A model generated the notes under the pieces. That model saw nothing but the letters and a program-made list of their open reading frames with translations. It ran no database searches and was not told where the DNA came from. A stretch of DNA of 64,000 nt, taken from Histomonas meleagridis 2922-C6/04-290x. Its lineage: Eukaryota; Protista; Parabasalia. The stretch covers positions 172,027 to 236,026 of the forward strand of contig JAANOX010000068.1 of assembly GCA_020184695.1 (NCBI GenBank). The letters are read 5' to 3'. Made by a program: the position numbers and the translations under genes. Below are positions 44,692-55,265 of the stretch, in pieces (position 1 is the first letter of the stretch; each line of letters starts with the position of its first letter).

Positions 44692-45153
44692 ATGCAACAG
44701 TTCAGCAGCGACAGTGACAAAGAGGAAGAAGAAGTTAGGTTGTATAGTTCAAAGGGATATTATGATCCGATGAACTTGGTTGAAGAAAACTTTGGTCCTA
44801 TGTCTATAGAAAGTTACATTATTTACAAAGTGCGGCCTTCAAATATAAATGTCTGGTTTGATGTAGATATAGTTATAGGGGACTTTGATTTTATGTACAC
44901 TTGGGCTATACCTGAAAGACGAATACAGCCTAGTGACTTACATTACCTTCCTATAGAAAAGTTCGATTTGGATGACCCTACGTTCAACGCTGAAGATATG
45001 TTACTATGGGATGTATGTGTATATCACGCAATATGTTACGTGAAGTTGAATATAAATAAGATAAGGATATTAACTGACACTGATAGATGGGTGACTGATC
45101 ATTACAGGAAGCTTCATACTTTTGAGTTTTTCACGAGTGATTTTCTGTATTAG
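44692..45153 (+). CDS. Hypothetical element cargo protein, intact
   Basis: 153-aa acidic ORF with no stops; visibly less AT-rich than neighbouring element genes. Confidence 0.62.
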   Translation: MQQFSSDSDKEEEEVRLYSSKGYYDPMNLVEENFGPMSIESYIIYKVRPSNINVWFDVDIVIGDFDFMYTWAIPERRIQPSDLHYLPIEKFDLDDPTFNAEDMLLWDVCVYHAICYVKLNINKIRILTDTDRWVTDHYRKLHTFEFFTSDFLY

Positions 45154-45298
45154 AAAATACTTAAGAGGTCAACAAGCTTTAAGCATTTATAATCCGTATT
45201 TAATAATTACTCCATATCCAGGACCACGTCCACGTAGAGAAAGCATAATAATTAGGTCAAACTAAATAATTGACTAAAAAAATATCATATTTTTATTT

Positions 45299-45505
45299 AT
45301 GTCTAATTATAAACCTGAGGTTATAGAAACCTATTACAACAAAAATAGGTTAAATATTCCTGAAATTACAAATTTAAAAGATATAGAAAAACAGAGAAGG
45401 GTGACATTTACGAATGCAATTATATTTGAGAAACCAATACCATTTTCAGCTTTACGACAAAATAGTGAAATATATGTTATATTTTATGAAAAAGAAAATA
45501 TATAA
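45299..45505 (+). CDS. Short hypothetical element ORF
   Basis: 68 aa; ATG preceded by TCATATTTTT. Confidence 0.4.
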   Translation: MSNYKPEVIETYYNKNRLNIPEITNLKDIEKQRRVTFTNAIIFEKPIPFSALRQNSEIYVIFYEKENI

Positions 45506-45791
45506 AAAATATACATTATTTCTTTGTTTATTTAATTCTTTGACTATTTGTTCTACTGACCATAATGAAGAAAAAACATTAGTAACATAAATTGTCTTTT
45601 TCGTATCGTCTTGAGCATTGCTATTAGGTGAAGTGTCAAAATTATTAAAATAATCATTATAGAAATATAATGTAAAAAAAGAAATTCATCCTCAGACATT
45701 ATGAAGTGATTATATTTTTATTCAAATGAGAGATTTAAAACTATCGGGATCGATTGAATTCATGTCACATACTGTTTGGAATTCATTATTA

Positions 45792-46193
45792 TCAGGTATT
45801 TTTATGTGAAATAAGTATATTATTAACTTCATTGTTGGTTGATTCATATAGAAATGCATGATACCATCTTCCGAAATTACTCTCTAATTGAGTTAAATGA
45901 ATCTCTAGATAATGAATATTATTAGTAATTGGTGGCTTTTTATTATCAGTAATTGGTATTGATATCTTGATATTTCTTTGTTTGAAGAATTCAATCAACT
46001 CTTTATGTACAAAATAGAAATCTTGATAATTTTTATGTTTGATAATCATGCCAATTGGCTTAATTATAAAATTGTTAAAATTGCCAAGTTTGTCATCTTT
46101 TGGTTCGAAAAATAAAGCAACCGCTGTAGCATCTGGATCTTTTTCTTTGATAAAATCGGCTAGCTTTGTAACTGAATAGTAGTCTGAATTCAT
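45792..46193 (-). CDS. Hypothetical element ORF, probably the 5-prime part of a longer broken gene
   Basis: 133 aa; coding-like sequence continues in another frame toward ~45560 with stops. Confidence 0.45.
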   Translation of the reverse strand: MNSDYYSVTKLADFIKEKDPDATAVALFFEPKDDKLGNFNNFIIKPIGMIIKHKNYQDFYFVHKELIEFFKQRNIKISIPITDNKKPPITNNIHYLEIHLTQLESNFGRWYHAFLYESTNNEVNNILISHKNT

Positions 46194-46381
46194 AAAGAGT
46201 GAAGTGATGAAGTGACATTTTTATGATTGTGTATTTTGGCCATTCGTTCATTGAAATAAGTTTGCCATGAGACCAAACAATAACCGTCGCTTTTTGACTA
46301 CTAACCTCCGACCAAATAATAACCGGGGAGAATTTGTGCTGGTTATACGAGGTTTTTGATAGGTTTATGCGGAAAGTGGCG

Positions 46382-46492
46382 TAAAAAGTGCTATCGCCCC
46401 TATGAAAAAGTTTCGCGTTATCTCAAAATTGAATGCGCATTAGGGGCCCCTAGGGTCCTCGTGATCATTCCCGACCGCATTATATACCTACC
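46382..46492 (-). repeat. Right terminal inverted repeat with an internal ~188-bp deletion
   Basis: The reverse complement equals 39671-39722 fused directly to 39911-39969 (2 mismatches). Confidence 0.9.
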
Positions 46493-46498
46493 CTATGC
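46493..46498. repeat. Right target-site duplication CTATGC
   Basis: Matches 39665-39670. Confidence 0.92.
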
Positions 46499-47067
46499 AA
46501 ATATTTTTAATTTTTTTTTTAAAATGTAAAATCATCATTCTTTTTATTATTAAATTTATTACATAAAAACATACAGCCGATAATAAAAGCAATAGTCAAA
46601 ATTACAATTAAAGCAAATGCCCAATCCATCAGGTTCATCTGAATAATTTTCTTCTACTAACCAACCCAAATGTTCTTGCAATAGGTGCCACGTTTTTATA
46701 TGTTGTAGCAATTCTTTCTATATAAGTATCCCAATGATAATGATACATCAAAAAAATCGGAGAGTTTCCATAAAGTTTAAACTTGAATAAGAGAAAACGC
46801 AATTATGATAAACTAATTGAAACATTGGAATTCGAAAACTTTCATTTATTAATGAACGAAATAAAACATTCGGTGATTCAATTGGAATAATAACGAGTAT
46901 CCATGGATAAGTAAAATATGCAATTAGATAAATGGACTTTGACTTAATCTGAAAAAAAAATTTTGAGTTTCATAAAATATCTTTCAACAACGAAAGCGTA
47001 CCTGACAACAAATTACATTTATAAATATCAAATTTCCCTCAAAAATTTTATCAATCAAATTTTGTTT

Positions 47068-47488
47068 TTATTCTTCAGTATAATTTTCATTTTTCTTGTT
47101 AGTATCAATTCCTTCTTGATCTTGAAGTAATTTTACTATTTCTGTATGACCTTTTGAAGATGCAACCATAAATGCTATTTCAAATAATTTAATCATTTTT
47201 AAATATTATTTTGAAATATAAAATTATTAAAATAAATATCAAATAAAACAAATAAATATTTTTAGCATTAATATCAATTCCTTCTTGATCTTGAAGTAAT
47301 TTAACTATTTCTGTATGACCATAATAAGATGCTCTAATAAGTGCTGTTTCAATTAATTTAAATAATTTCCAAATATTATTTTGAAATAGAAAATTATTAA
47401 AATAAATTTTAAACAAAATAAATAAATATTTTTAGCATTGATATCAATTCCTTCTTGTCCAAGAAGTAATTTTACTATTTCTGTATAA
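47068..47488 (-). repeat. Second array of the same ankyrin cassette family (3 units)
   Basis: Partial unit, 80-nt spacer (47348-47427), TALIRASYYGHTEIVKLLQDQEGIDINAKN, 79-nt spacer (47179-47257), then IAFMVASSKGHTEIVK..NKKNENYTEE* with no spacer after the last unit. Confidence 0.88.
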
Positions 47489-47721
47489 CGGCTTCTTGGG
47501 CCGTTTGAGGGTTTCGAAGACGTGAAAATAGTGAAATAAGGTATTCTGTCAACCAAAAGATAGCATTCAAACAATCAAAAACGAAAAGATTTGAAATTAT
47601 TCAATTCCTATGTAAAATATTCAAAAAGCGGAAATCACGAATTTGAATGGGTTACTGATAGAGAAAAGTGGCAAACTGATATGAATTTTTGGTTACAGCA
47701 TTCAAAAAGTGTCATAATTGA

Positions 47722-50517
47722 ATGCCCAAGCGGTTCAATTATTTTTTGAAAAAATGCCATGTGTCAGTTACCTCAAAAATGCAATGCTCGGATAGAGTCT
47801 TGCAGAATGGTAAAATTGTGCAATTTAAACCAAATCCAATTTGTTTTCAAAACATTTTGACAAAAGCTGCAGGAAAACCAGTTGTATTTGTCACACTTTG
47901 TGGCTCATATCAGTCAGGAAAGTCATCAACAATAAAAATGTTAACTGGTAACTGTGACATTGTTATTGGTAATGCAATGGATGAACAAACACATGGTGCT
48001 TATGTTTATGGACCAATATCTTATAATTTCCTTCGTAAAAGATTTCATATGAAAGAACTTCCTGGTGATGAAACCCAAGTTTTTTTTGTAGATACAGAAG
48101 GTAGTAGTGGTTTTGAAGCAGGTGAAGCTAATGAAGAAGCTAATCGTTATTTGTTAAGTCAACTTATTGCTCCATATGCAGCACTTTCCAATGTTGTTAC
48201 TACAATAGTCAGAAGTGCTATATCAACCAACGAAGTCGAAACGATGAAGTTAATTCTTGATATTGTTAAAACAGTTCGTCAAGGAACTGATCTCAAAAAT
48301 CGTTCTTGCCTTCTTGCCTTAGTTCCACAAACCAAAGATTATGATCCTACATCAGGTCAATTTGAAGATATCCAACAAAGAGTCACTGAAAATGTTGTCA
48401 AAAAATTTGGCTCTGACTTTGATATCACTGAAGTTATTCCTTTATCAGCGTATAACATAAACGCCGATATATTAGAACAATCGCCAGAATTTAATGCTGG
48501 CTTTCGAATCTTTGCACAACATCTTATTAATCATATTGAAGAAACGCGTAAACAAGTTCCAATAGAAGCTGAAGGCGCGGTATTAATCTTTAAGAAACTT
48601 ATCGAAATAACAGATAAACAAAATCTTAGTGAAATTGCTATCGATGCAATGAATGATGCGAAGCGACATTCATTTGATAAACTTTATTCACCAATTGCTG
48701 ATGAAGTAATTAATAATCAAATTAGTTCGATACAAAAAATTATTGAAGAATTAACAAATGAAATTCAAAACAAAGAATTTGTCGAAGCTTATCAAATCGA
48801 TACGACAAAGATATGTAATGAAGCATATAAAGAACTTGATGAGAAACTTCCGCCGGTAGTTAAAAACACAAATGAAGTTTATATTAAATTTAAGAACAAA
48901 ATTCAAGAAAAAATTTTGGAGAAAATCGGGAAATTAAATGAAATTAATGAAAAAATTAATGAAATACAAATGAAATATCTGAGCGAAAAAGCCAAAAAAA
49001 TTATTAAAACAAAAGAAAATGAATTAAAAGAGAAAATTAATAACTGTAAATTAATGGAATCAAAAGAAATAATGAAAAAGTATAAAATCGAATATATTGA
49101 AGTTGATTGTTTAAAGGAATATAATAAAATAATAGAAAACAAAAAAATCAACAAAATAATTAATGATAAAGTTAAAGAAATTTTATCCGAAGAATCAAAT
49201 AAATTAATAAAAGAATTAAGAACATTAGCTGAAAAAATAATTAAAGTTAATATAGAAAATCAAAATAAAGAACTTATAAATGAAGCAAATGAAATTATTA
49301 ATAAAGAAGTTGAAAAAGAAATGGAAAATATTCAAAATTATAACTTAACAGAATTAAATCATTGTGGTCGTCTCGAAATTTTACGAAAATTATCCCAAAA
49401 TTGCATGGAAGAACTTAAGGCACAAACTGGACAAACAATTCATGACGAAAAAGCAATTTCCAAGTATATAAATGGTGAACTTAGAAAAAGAATTGAAGAA
49501 TTAAAAGATTTAGTAGACAAAAGAATACAAGAAAAGAAATCTGAAAGTAATAAAAACATTGAAAATAATACAATTAATGAAATTAATGATAAAAAGATTG
49601 AAATCCAAAAACAAATCGAAAACAAAAAATCAATTAATTTCTCTGATATTGATTCATTAATTAAATCATATGAAACTGAATATAAAAGAAAAATTAGTAA
49701 TATTTGTGATCAATCGAATTTTGATGAAAATATTAAAAGTAATATGGAAAAGACATTAAAAGATAATGTAACATCATTAAAAGATTTAATGAGAGAAAAA
49801 TCAAATAAAAATATCGAAAATCAATATAAAGAATTAACGAAATTAGTTGATGACATTGTTAAATATGAAGATTCTTTAATGAAAATTAAAATTCTTAATA
49901 GTAATTCTGAACAATTAAATTCATTTCAGAATAACATTTCGAATATTTTAATAGAAAATTGTAATCAAAAACTGAACGAATTATATGGAAAAGAAATTCA
50001 TGAAGATAACAAACACAAAATTAAAAATTATATTTTTAGTCAAGTTACAAATAATTTGCAACAATTAAATCAATATGTTAATGATGCTATAAAATCTAAA
50101 AGTAATGTCAATTATAAAAAACTAATTAGTACCGAAATAGAATCATTAAAAGCTGAAGCATTACTCAAAATGAATGTATCCAAAAACGTTGACAACTCTT
50201 TTCTTACATCACTTTCAAATACTATAAAAAATAAATGCCAAAGAAAATTTGATGAAATTTGTGATAATAATCACCTCGACGAAAATGAAAAAATAAGTTT
50301 GGAAGCAGATATGAAACATGAACTCGCACAATGTACATACGAATTAGCAGATGAATATAAAAATTTGAAAAAGTCAAAGCCAAAGCCAAAGCCAATTATA
50401 CCAATTATTAAAATAAAGGATAAAGAAGATGATAAGAAGGACAACAATGATAAATCAAAAGAAGAAGATAAGAAGGACAACAATGATAAATCAAAAGAAG
50501 AAGATAACAAGAAATAA
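47722..50517 (+). CDS. Guanylate-binding protein/atlastin-like large GTPase with a long coiled coil
   Basis: G1 GSYQSGKS, G2 EQTHG, G3 FVDTEG, followed by ~600 aa of helical/coiled-coil sequence. The start may be ATG 47779. Confidence 0.82.
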   Translation: MPKRFNYFLKKCHVSVTSKMQCSDRVLQNGKIVQFKPNPICFQNILTKAAGKPVVFVTLCGSYQSGKSSTIKMLTGNCDIVIGNAMDEQTHGAYVYGPISYNFLRKRFHMKELPGDETQVFFVDTEGSSGFEAGEANEEANRYLLSQLIAPYAALSNVVTTIVRSAISTNEVETMKLILDIVKTVRQGTDLKNRSCLLALVPQTKDYDPTSGQFEDIQQRVTENVVKKFGSDFDITEVIPLSAYNINADILEQSPEFNAGFRIFAQHLINHIEETRKQVPIEAEGAVLIFKKLIEITDKQNLSEIAIDAMNDAKRHSFDKLYSPIADEVINNQISSIQKIIEELTNEIQNKEFVEAYQIDTTKICNEAYKELDEKLPPVVKNTNEVYIKFKNKIQEKILEKIGKLNEINEKINEIQMKYLSEKAKKIIKTKENELKEKINNCKLMESKEIMKKYKIEYIEVDCLKEYNKIIENKKINKIINDKVKEILSEESNKLIKELRTLAEKIIKVNIENQNKELINEANEIINKEVEKEMENIQNYNLTELNHCGRLEILRKLSQNCMEELKAQTGQTIHDEKAISKYINGELRKRIEELKDLVDKRIQEKKSESNKNIENNTINEINDKKIEIQKQIENKKSINFSDIDSLIKSYETEYKRKISNICDQSNFDENIKSNMEKTLKDNVTSLKDLMREKSNKNIENQYKELTKLVDDIVKYEDSLMKIKILNSNSEQLNSFQNNISNILIENCNQKLNELYGKEIHEDNKHKIKNYIFSQVTNNLQQLNQYVNDAIKSKSNVNYKKLISTEIESLKAEALLKMNVSKNVDNSFLTSLSNTIKNKCQRKFDEICDNNHLDENEKISLEADMKHELAQCTYELADEYKNLKKSKPKPKPIIPIIKIKDKEDDKKDNNDKSKEEDKKDNNDKSKEEDNKK
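50425..50508 (+). repeat. 36-bp coding tandem repeat (E[D/E]DKKDNNDKSK) x2.3
   Basis: Seen directly at the 3-prime end of the GTPase ORF. Confidence 0.88.
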
Positions 50518-51167
50518 TAGTCAATAAATTTTCTTTTTTTGATAAAATATGATAATATTTGGAAAAAATGTTTTTCTGAATCATTTTAAGTGTAATTTAT
50601 TTGTTGAATTTAAATTTGTATTTGTCCAATGACACAGCTCTTTGCAATTGCTTTCATATGGTTAGCAACTTTGTTTTGAGGAGATTTACCTCCTATAGGA
50701 GATTTACTTTTGCACGCGTCACTTTTTGAGATATTTAGTTTCTCAATGTATAAAAGCAGTACTGCTTCAATCAAAACGGTTACGAAAATAATCCAGCGGT
50801 TAATATATGAAAAAACATTTTCGAAAAACTAAAAAATTTTATAATATGTCGTTAATTTATATCCCAATATCTTGCATAATTCTTTGGTACAACCTTTTGG
50901 TTGGGTAAGATATGCTTGATATATGATTCTTGCATGTTCAGGATTGATTTTATTTCCTTTTCCCATGGGAAAAATCAAAACGAGAGTTATAACCGTTTAG
51001 AAACTTCATGCGACCGTTTTAAATTTTTTTGTAACCGTCTCGAAAATGCTGTATTTTGCATTATCCCAAATAATTTTCACACATTACGTTGGAAATTTAC
51101 TTCGTTTTACTTATATTTTATTGAAAACTTTTTCATATTAAAAATTATACAAAGTTTATATAACGAT

Positions 51168-52052
51168 CTAAGAACTAAACATCTCATTGAAGTACTGCTC
51201 TTCAACAAAAATGGATGTAAGCATTACACCATCATAGGTTCTGTGGTTCATTATTCCGCATGCGAGTTTTGCATCTTTCAAGTTTTTCATTTTGATGTAA
51301 AACTCTGAAATCGGACCAATTACACGTGAAAACGAACTTTCTATCTCACCAAACTGTAAAACTTGCTCTTCTATGACATCAAGTGTAAGAGAAACAGGTG
51401 TGGAACTTACCATTTGTATGAAAAAACATTTTGTGACAGATGATTTATATTGATGAGAAACATAAAGTGTGCTCCCATTGAACTTTTCGCGATCAGCAGT
51501 CTCTGATACTTTAAGTGCTTTTCGCACAGATGAAAATTTTAGGATATGGGCAGTAATGTTGGACTTTTTGATAAGTTTGATTTTGAGGATTGGTGCAATT
51601 GTTCGAAAAAAAGAATGGATTTCTTCAAATGGTGTTTCTGCTTTAATTCCTTGAATATAAACAAGTGGAACACGCGCAGTATTTGGTATTGGATCAATAG
51701 GATTTGCAATTAAATGAGGAATTTTTGTAACGGTATAAGCTGAAATTGCTGTGCGAAATAGGAACTCGTACGTTTTGTCAGGTAAAATTGATGAATCATA
51801 AGCATCAGTAAGATCCCAAAAAATTAGCAAATCAAGAATATTATCCAATGATATTTCATTTCCATTTACATCTACATTTGAAATATTAACACTGAATGAA
51901 ACTTTCCTATGAATGAGAACTCTTGAATTATTTATAATCTGATCTCGAACTAAAGGATGTCTTTCAAGATACTCATGTGCTTTTGTGAATTTAGAAGTCC
52001 TATCATCGGATGGAATTATTCCCCAGCTTTGTAAAGCTGGGATACATAACAT
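51168..52052 (-). CDS. RRM-like RNA-binding protein
   Basis: LVYIQGI..EIHSFF..HILKFSSVRKA and VIEEQVLQFGEIES..FYIKMKNLKDAKLACGIMNHR patterns. Confidence 0.62.
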   Translation of the reverse strand: MLCIPALQSWGIIPSDDRTSKFTKAHEYLERHPLVRDQIINNSRVLIHRKVSFSVNISNVDVNGNEISLDNILDLLIFWDLTDAYDSSILPDKTYEFLFRTAISAYTVTKIPHLIANPIDPIPNTARVPLVYIQGIKAETPFEEIHSFFRTIAPILKIKLIKKSNITAHILKFSSVRKALKVSETADREKFNGSTLYVSHQYKSSVTKCFFIQMVSSTPVSLTLDVIEEQVLQFGEIESSFSRVIGPISEFYIKMKNLKDAKLACGIMNHRTYDGVMLTSIFVEEQYFNEMFSS

Positions 52053-52124
52053 AATTTTGCTTAGATTTAAAACGTTTATTTGGGGCGCCTCGAATTTTAA
52101 TTGAAAAGTTTATTACCCGACCAG

Positions 52125-53936
52125 ATGATTGGGTATAAATCTTCTTCTAAAGGAAAGCTTACAAAAAAATTTCAAACATTTTCAGAAGATGGTAGTCAAT
52201 TAGAATCTGAAGCAACAAAAAACATGGAAAAAAAACAAGCAATTCATTTAATATGTTCAAATTTTAAAACAGCATTTGAAAATGCAGATGTTCAATTTAT
52301 GCATCAAATACTTTCCAATTTTTATGAATTTTTAGAAAATAATAAACTTAATCCTCAAACAAATGAAATCACCATGATTTTTGATTCTTTAGTCATATTA
52401 TTATTCCAAATTGAAAGTATATCATATGAAGACAAAAGCTTAGTTCTTAATATTTTTTGCAATTTGTTTGATAATAGATATCCATATTGTGATTATTTTG
52501 TAAATAATGGAATTATTCCAAAACTCATTACACTAATTAATTCTAATCAATTTCAACTTTATGATCCTATCATTACATGCTTATCAAAAATTGTACGACA
52601 TTGTCCACGTTGTCAAGATAAAGTCATATTTAATCTTTCATATTTGGATCAACTACAAAATCATATTCCACCAATTATATCAACACCCAAAACTCTTACA
52701 TATTCTCCTGAAGAAAACGAAGCATTTCATGAAATGGAATTTGTACCTTTTAAAAAAGATTTAGAACAAAGCGAATATTTCGATGGCGAAAATTATGCGT
52801 TTCAAGAAGAAGAAATTCATGAACAATGTGAAGAAGATTTTATTGATCAACCTGAAGCTATTGAATCAAAAGAAGAAATTAAAGAAGACGAAGAAAAAGA
52901 TAAAAAGAAGAAAAGTTTTGTTAATGATGATCCGGCTCCAGGCATTCTTCCACCCGAAGAAAAATGCGAAAATTATTTTGATGTTGAATTTGGCTGTAAG
53001 TCAATTACAAATCTTGAATATTTTGTTCAGACGACTAATGATGATGGAACAATTACAATACATATATCAACTCTTTTATTTATGAAATCATTAATCTTTA
53101 ATAGTTCACTTGATACAACAATTCTTCGATTTATCATCCATGAAATCCTTTTGAGTTTTCCATATGTTTCAACAGATAATATTACGTTTGTACTTAAAAT
53201 TCTTTGTGATATTACTAACTTTAATAAAGCAATATGGGAACCAATGTTTATCAATTCGAATCTTTATGGAAACATATTCCAACAACTTATGAAAATTCAA
53301 GATATATCAGTTTCAAATTCGTTACTTATATTAATATCGAAAATATATTCAAATAAGTCACAAATCGGTGAAATTGAAGACGAAGACAAACACAATATTA
53401 TATATATGTTTTGTATTGATTCTCTTTCATATACAAGTGATGATGATTCAAATCAAAGAATTCGTTTAAATGCAGCAATTGCTATAAAATCGATTATTAA
53501 TAATAAAATTTCTTCAGTCGATGGTATGATAAATTGTAACTTGTTACAAGTAACACAAGATGTAGTTGATGATTCTTCTTATAAAGTGAAATTTGTTATT
53601 GTGAGTTATTTGTCATCAATTACTTTGTACGGTAATAAAAATAATAAACTTAAAATATTGGAAATGAATTTCATTGGTTTGTTCCTCGACGTATTACAAT
53701 ATTGCGACGAAAGTTTAATGGTTTTATCTTTAAAGGCTTTAAATGAATTGTTTTTTGTTTCGTCCCAATTCTGCTGCAAGAATATGTTTTCGGAACAGTT
53801 TTATGCTTGCGTAAATGATTTCATTTATGAATTGCCAAATCATCAGAATCATGGAATTGCTTCAATGTCGCAAATATTTTTGGAGAATTTCATGGAAGGA
53901 GATGAAGATGAACCTGAACCATTGTTTGAATTTTAA
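52125..53936 (+). CDS. Armadillo/HEAT-repeat protein with an acidic insertion
   Basis: Helical-repeat pattern (FVNNGIIPKLITLI; ILEMNFIGLFLDVL). First ATG at 52125. Confidence 0.72.
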   Translation: MIGYKSSSKGKLTKKFQTFSEDGSQLESEATKNMEKKQAIHLICSNFKTAFENADVQFMHQILSNFYEFLENNKLNPQTNEITMIFDSLVILLFQIESISYEDKSLVLNIFCNLFDNRYPYCDYFVNNGIIPKLITLINSNQFQLYDPIITCLSKIVRHCPRCQDKVIFNLSYLDQLQNHIPPIISTPKTLTYSPEENEAFHEMEFVPFKKDLEQSEYFDGENYAFQEEEIHEQCEEDFIDQPEAIESKEEIKEDEEKDKKKKSFVNDDPAPGILPPEEKCENYFDVEFGCKSITNLEYFVQTTNDDGTITIHISTLLFMKSLIFNSSLDTTILRFIIHEILLSFPYVSTDNITFVLKILCDITNFNKAIWEPMFINSNLYGNIFQQLMKIQDISVSNSLLILISKIYSNKSQIGEIEDEDKHNIIYMFCIDSLSYTSDDDSNQRIRLNAAIAIKSIINNKISSVDGMINCNLLQVTQDVVDDSSYKVKFVIVSYLSSITLYGNKNNKLKILEMNFIGLFLDVLQYCDESLMVLSLKALNELFFVSSQFCCKNMFSEQFYACVNDFIYELPNHQNHGIASMSQIFLENFMEGDEDEPEPLFEF

Positions 53937-54302
53937 TAAAAATAAATTTTTGTGTTTTCTCATTATTTTGATAAAAATTTAAATTTTTTTGATAATTGTT
54001 TTAGATCTAAAAGAGATGAACTTATTCATATTCATTACCATTTTTAGAAGAACAAACCAAAAATTAAATTTAATCTTTTTAACTTTAAATCTTTTCATTT
54101 GTAATTTCTTTACTCGAGTGTTTTCTATATATTTGCGTTAACCATTTCTTGAGTTTAAACTTATTCCAATTAAATAAAAATCGAAAAAATCAAATGAAGA
54201 AACAATGTTTTAAAAATCAAAAAGAAAAAGAAGCAAAAATATATTATTTCGAGTTTTATATTACGCTTGGATTTTTATTTTTTATCTTTATATAATTTAT
54301 CT

Positions 54303-55265
54303 TTATCTAAGGTGTTCGATAATTGATATCACTTGCTGCTTTTCTTCTTCGTACTCTGGGTCTGTATCATCTAGAACGAGTTCTTTCAAAAATTTTACCA
54401 ATTTAGATTTATTCTTTTTAAGCGCAGATACAACGCCTTGGGTCCTCCTTGGATTAAGAACAAAAAGCTTAAACAATGTATAAGCCCGATATTGGACCTT
54501 TTTTGATGAAGATCTTAATAATATCATAATTAATTGAAGGTTCTCAATGTCATCTAAATACCTATAGAAGAGGCTTCTACATGGTTCTGATGTGATAAAT
54601 GTGGATAAAATTGGTAAAAAGTTAAGTTGAACAAGATAATTTGGTGATGAAAGAAGTTGTTTAAATTGGATTGAAAATATTTCCCAGCTGTTCATCATAA
54701 ACTCAGCAGAACTATCCTGGTAGGTGTTTAAAAGGGCATCATATGTTGTAAAGGCTGTAGACAATTTATCAAAATTATCACCTGATAGATATTGAATAAA
54801 GGATCCGACAAAACCACACTCGTATAAGTATATAAGAAATGGACGATGTTTAAGACAGGTTCGAATCAGAATATGTGCTGTATTTGCTACAGGTTGATCT
54901 AAATAACTAACAAGTTTATCAAAAGTTCCTTTGTTATTCATAAGGAAAGTGGGTAGAGATGAATCAGGGAATACTCTAATTGTTGTTTGGAGTAATGTTG
55001 ACATTGCATTAAGAATTTGTTGGTCAAAAAATGGCATTAGTCTAATTAACAGTTCTACTGTATCATCACGATATATTTTAGTGTTAACAATTTCTGTTAA
55101 ATTCTCACTTTGATATTCTTCTTTGATCATAGAATCATTAATTGCATTGATTAAATTTAATATTTCCTTGGAATGTTTTTGATTTGGTTGATGCTCAAAC
55201 TCAACTAATGCTTTATGGAGTTTTTTAGGAAGACCTTTTCTCTTAGATTTCGCAAAAATCGACAT
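54303..55265 (-). CDS. MO25: MO25/CAB39-like scaffold protein
   Basis: NFDKLSTAFTTYDALL, FKQLLSSPNYLVQ, IENLQLIMILLRSSSKKVQYRAYTLFKLFVLNP and NKSKLVKFL are characteristic of MO25. Confidence 0.88.
   Translation of the reverse strand: MSIFAKSKRKGLPKKLHKALVEFEHQPNQKHSKEILNLINAINDSMIKEEYQSENLTEIVNTKIYRDDTVELLIRLMPFFDQQILNAMSTLLQTTIRVFPDSSLPTFLMNNKGTFDKLVSYLDQPVANTAHILIRTCLKHRPFLIYLYECGFVGSFIQYLSGDNFDKLSTAFTTYDALLNTYQDSSAEFMMNSWEIFSIQFKQLLSSPNYLVQLNFLPILSTFITSEPCRSLFYRYLDDIENLQLIMILLRSSSKKVQYRAYTLFKLFVLNPRRTQGVVSALKKNKSKLVKFLKELVLDDTDPEYEEEKQQVISIIEHLR

Larger units (their letters stand above)
39671..46492. mobile_element. Complete 6822-bp non-autonomous Maverick/Polinton-like element
   Basis: 52-bp perfect TIRs (39671-39722 and 46441-46492), an inner 59-bp IR pair (39911-39969 and 46382-46440), 6-bp TSD CTATGC and a capsid pseudogene. 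No pPolB, integrase, ATPase or protease was seen inside. Confidence 0.92.

Noticed and set aside
46600-46800. Coding-like fragment right of the element
   Set aside because: Stops in all frames examined and no identifiable family.
50901-51308. 135-aa plus-strand ORF
   Set aside because: TTG start, overlaps the RRM gene antisense, and has no recognisable motif.
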